A DNA stretch of 64,000 nucleotides, from contig CM102283.1 of NCBI GenBank assembly GCA_046563655.1, positions 9,548,001-9,612,000 on the forward strand. The letters are read 5' to 3'. The notes beneath the pieces are model-generated. The model made no database searches, had not been told where the DNA came from, and saw only the letters and a program-made list of their open reading frames with translations. Positions 60,225-64,000 of the stretch are shown in pieces; the first letter of the stretch is position 1, and each line of letters starts with the position of its first letter. This stretch comes from Yuukianura sp. NJ FZ-2021 (lineage: Eukaryota). A program made the translations under genes and the position numbers.

Positions 60225-62413
60225 CAACTTGTTCTGTGAGCCGGAGAGAGTTGTAGAGCACAATATTAGAGTTTTGAGGAGAAAGTGGCTGGAGCGGGAG
60301 AGGTCCGTGTCAGTTGCTGGTGGAACCTGAAAGTGGGAAAGTAGTGCCACCGTCCTTTTGTTCCCTCTCGGAAAGAGGCAGGGACTCCACTGAACCCAGC
60401 GAGGAACCAAATCTCCGAACTTTTCAAAGTACCCGGGTAAAACTTTGGAACGGGAGCCAAGAACTACTTTAGGAAGAAAGTAGTGGGGGACCTGAGGACG
60501 CCGGATTGTGCAGCACCAGGCACTCTCTCCAACATCCTCGTAAACATTCACAAGAGGCAATACACAAGACCTCCTTCAGCTCTCAACCGAACTCCCCGAA
60601 TTCGGTTTTCACCCGCCAACTTCGGCCCCTCCTCAAGCTCCTCGCTGGGAGAAAGCTATGACGTCTACTCACGACGGCCACGCTCACGACTCCAGCCGCC
60701 TCCAACTTTTTTTTCCAGCGAAGGAGCACTGGAACTCCGATGCTGGAACACCACAAGTCTCTTCCAGTTCTGGAAATGACTGCACGCATCCCTGCCTTCC
60801 ACATCACTTTCTCCGTGTTCTCCCAAAGTGTCCTCGGATGACTTGAACTTTGTATTTTCCTTAAGGGCTCCTCCCTCCACTTAAGGGGTCCCTCCACTTA
60901 AGGCTCCTCATGACGACTTAAGGCTCTCCTCATGTGGAGTCAAGGGAACCAATTCCCACATTCTGCCTCGAGTCAACTTGTCAGGAGAAAGGCATTTCCT
61001 CCCATCTAAGCTCCACCACAAACATTTTTTCAATCTTCCCGCTTACGAGCTACTTGATCAACCTGATAGTCCCACATATTCAATTATGGACTTTGTCTCA
61101 TTTGTTCTACTCCACTTTTTTAAAAAAAGACTTTTCAAAAAAAGTTTTTAAAAAAAAAGAGACAGAAAGAACAACGCCCAGAAACTTACTTTTTGTTTTT
61201 GTCAAGTGGAGAAAGTTCTGTTGAACAAAAACGCCGCTTAAAAAAGTTTCTGTTTCTGACTTTTTTATTTTTCTTTTTTAATTTTTAGATACACTAACTT
61301 TTCTGGAATGTGCAATGCAAAAGTAAATGAGTTTTAGAAAAAGCTGAGTTTTTAGAAAAGTTTGGAATTTTTAATCAACGGTTTTTGAAAATAAATCAAG
61401 TTGTGGACTTAAAAAAGTAAAATTGTTATGCAGCGTTAAAGTGATGAATAAACATTAACTTTTTGGTCAACTTTTCAAATTCCAGTTTCGTTTTTTAAAA
61501 AAAACTTTGTTGAAATGAATGGAAATTGTCTCTGTCTGAGTCTTTTTAGTTCTGTAAACTTTTCATGGCCGCCAGCACTTTGTACTATAGTAAAGCTGTG
61601 GATTAATAAACAACTTTTATGAAACAACTTTGAAGTTTTGCGTCTGTTTTGGGCATTGGTAAAAACAAAATATTTCTCCACTATACTTTTGGTATGCTTG
61701 CCAAAAATTTAACTTTTCTATTGGAAATTTTTATTATTCATACTAACTTAGAACCAGATGCTACCCTCACCGGAATTAACTTTACAAGGCGTCAAAAACT
61801 ACTTGAGCACACGGTTTTGTCTTCTCGCCGCCAGTTCAAATCCCACTCTCCTCTCTCGAAAAAAAAAACAAAACAGTTTGAAATTCAAACCACAAAAGAT
61901 CTTGTGCGGTGCATTTTGAAGTACCGGATATTCCTCTTTTCCCACTCTTTCAAGCGATTCTAAATAAACTCAAACTGTTTGTTTTCCCATTCAAAAAACA
62001 CAAAACCCTAACTTTTTTTTTTCAAAAACCTGACTTTTTTCAAAAACTACAACTTTTTTTTTCAAAAAAAGCTTCATCCCATTTTCCAAGGTTCCTTGAC
62101 AACGAAGAGTTATTTTTCTTTAACAGGTTGGGTACCACCTCGCTTGTTAACAAAAAAGTCAAAAAAAAAATTAGCACCACTTTAGTACCAATCCAAAAAA
62201 TTGGTACCAATTGGTATGCAAAATTTAATAAAAATTGACTGCATTGTTATGACTATGATGCCCCGGAATGAAAAGGTACTTTTTTTTTTGCAAAATCGAA
62301 AAAACATTAGGTACTACCCAACCTGTTAAAGAAAATAAATCTAAAAGTCAACAAACCTTGCCATTTCCCGTCGTCCCCGTGGGCTGCAGAAAGTCGAAAA
62401 AGTGGAAATGATT

Positions 62414-62500
62414 CTCGCCCAACCGTTTAGTGTTGTGGAGAGCCCGGGAGAAAGTGCGGAATCCACTTTAGCGATGGTTGTGGGTTCGAATCCCGCTGGC
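62414..62500 (+). repeat. tRNA-derived SINE-like or pseudo-tRNA fragment
   Basis: Intact B-box/T-arm GTGGG-TTCGAAT-CCCGC (62480-62496) and a degenerate A-box-like tcgcccaaccgtttag upstream. No full cloverleaf is visible. Confidence 0.5.
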
Positions 62501-63743
62501 TGGAACTCTGCCGACAAAAGAGACAAAGTTTGTTCAAAGTTACAAGTCAACCATTTCATCCGCCTAAGTTCATAGAGATTAGACACACAAAAAGTAGAAA
62601 TGAAAAACAGAAGAAGCTGGAGAGTGTTGCAGGGACTTCCAGGGGCCTGGAACGAACTTTTGAGAATGAGCGCTTAAGAGGAAGCGTCTCGCTTAGAGCT
62701 GCAAGAAGAGACTTGTAGTCTCTCCTTCACACTAGGAGAGAGGAGGTCTTAGGAAAAATAAGATGAAGAGAAAGCCCAGGTAAATCGATAGTGCTTCCCA
62801 GCTACTTTCTCCACATTAGGCTTTTCCCTAACTGAATGTGCTTGTGCCCAGGAAATCCTAATGGGCATGGAGAGTACCTGTTTGGGCTTCTTCCTCCTCA
62901 CACTGCACAAAAACACACAATTTTCCGTTTTTTCGGTTTTTTTGTGAAATGGAAGAAATGACAAAAAGACAGGGAATCCTCCTTGTCCTGTCAAAGAACA
63001 AATTCTCTCTCCACTAACTTTCTCTCTCCCGCGTGACAGGAAACACAAAAAAAGAGAAAGTTTTTGGTTCTCCAGTGAAAGTGAAATAGAAAATGTATTT
63101 ATTGACCGCGGTGGACCAAACATTCTTACTACAAAAGAAAAAAAAAACATATAATTCATTATTATCGATCTCTCTTTTGTTGAGCGTAACTTCAACCGGT
63201 ACATTACCTTACTTACATGATACATAAACATCATTCAGAAATTACACAAGTTACATAAATTACATAAATTACATAATACTGCTACTTATATAGATTACTA
63301 CACAAGGAGAAAAGAAAACTTTAGAGAAAGCAAGCCGGAAAATCAGTACTACAATAACAAAAAAAAGACACTTAAAAAACCGGGTTTTAGACAAAAAAAA
63401 TTGGAAGTAGAAAAAAAAAGTTAATCTTCGTTTCTGATTTAAATTTTGACAAAAATTTTGAAAATGTTGGCCAAAAGTATTAAAATATCACAATTTTTTT
63501 CCGAAGACTTTCTTTTCTGACAAAACTTGAAAAAACTTTCACTTTGTGCACCCATTGTCCATTGGCTTTTCTTTTATGTTTATGGAACTGTTTTTTGCCG
63601 CGCCGCGCATGACTCTTCCCGAAGGTACTTAAGTGTCCTTTAGTCCGTACTTATGGTGATCCTCAAGAGTACTTTTTGTACAACACAAAAAGCTTCCCTT
63701 TCCGCACAAAAAGCCTCCTGCTGCTCAAGTACTTTATGCCGAA

Positions 63744-63848
63744 TGCTGGAGCAGCATTTCTTTTTGAAATGTAACTTGATGCTGGATGCTGGAGGACCAT
63801 TTCTTGTTGAAATGTAACTTAATACTGGATGCTAGAGGAGTATTTCTG
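63744..63848. repeat. 43-bp tandem repeat, about 2.4 copies
   Basis: tgctggag..catttct..ttgaaatgtaactt.at.ctgga repeated. Confidence 0.75.
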
Positions 63849-64000
63849 AAAACTACTGTTGCCATAGTTCCCGTTGATGTTCTGGCGTATGGACAGATTC
63901 GTAGTCTACATGGACATATGCTCTCTCCACATTCGGTAGCAATTCCAACCGATTTTGTAAAGATTCTCCAAGGTCATGTGACACTTTTAAAGTCGTGTCT

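Noticed and set aside
62414-62500. Functional tRNA gene
   Set aside because: Only the T-arm/B-box is convincing. No acceptor stem or anticodon arm could be folded.

Overview
AT-rich eukaryotic genomic DNA from an arthropod (hexapod/pancrustacean; the compact GT-AG introns and gene set would fit a springtail, but that is an inference). Manual splicing supports eight protein-coding genes: the ecdysone-cascade nuclear receptor HR4 (NR6A/GCNF class, +), a ZnT/SLC30 zinc transporter (-), STAM (-), a DUF229 protein (-), a divergent RGK-family small GTPase (-), a short secreted Gly/His/Tyr-rich peptide (-), a secreted or GPI-like Cys-rich protein (+) and GABA-B receptor subunit 1 (-). The first ~22 kb has no convincing independent ORF and looks like HR4 5' introns with two alternative first coding exons. 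The most striking unannotated signal is a dense set of nuclear-receptor response elements built on AGGTCA. Perfect IR1 ecdysone-type palindromes occur upstream, inside the HR4 ligand-binding-domain coding exon, and directly after the HR4 stop codon. There are also HR3/E75-type extended half-sites, FTZ-F1/GCNF-type sites (including a duplicated pair inside an HR4 coding exon), a ZnT intron made largely of AGGTCA repeats, and a perfect GCNF-type DR0 upstream of GABA-B R1. Repeats include a 131-bp satellite, a MITE-like element, a tRNA-derived SINE-like relic and dispersed short repeats. There is no evidence for CRISPR, rRNA or prokaryotic systems. All regulatory roles are inferred from sequence only.
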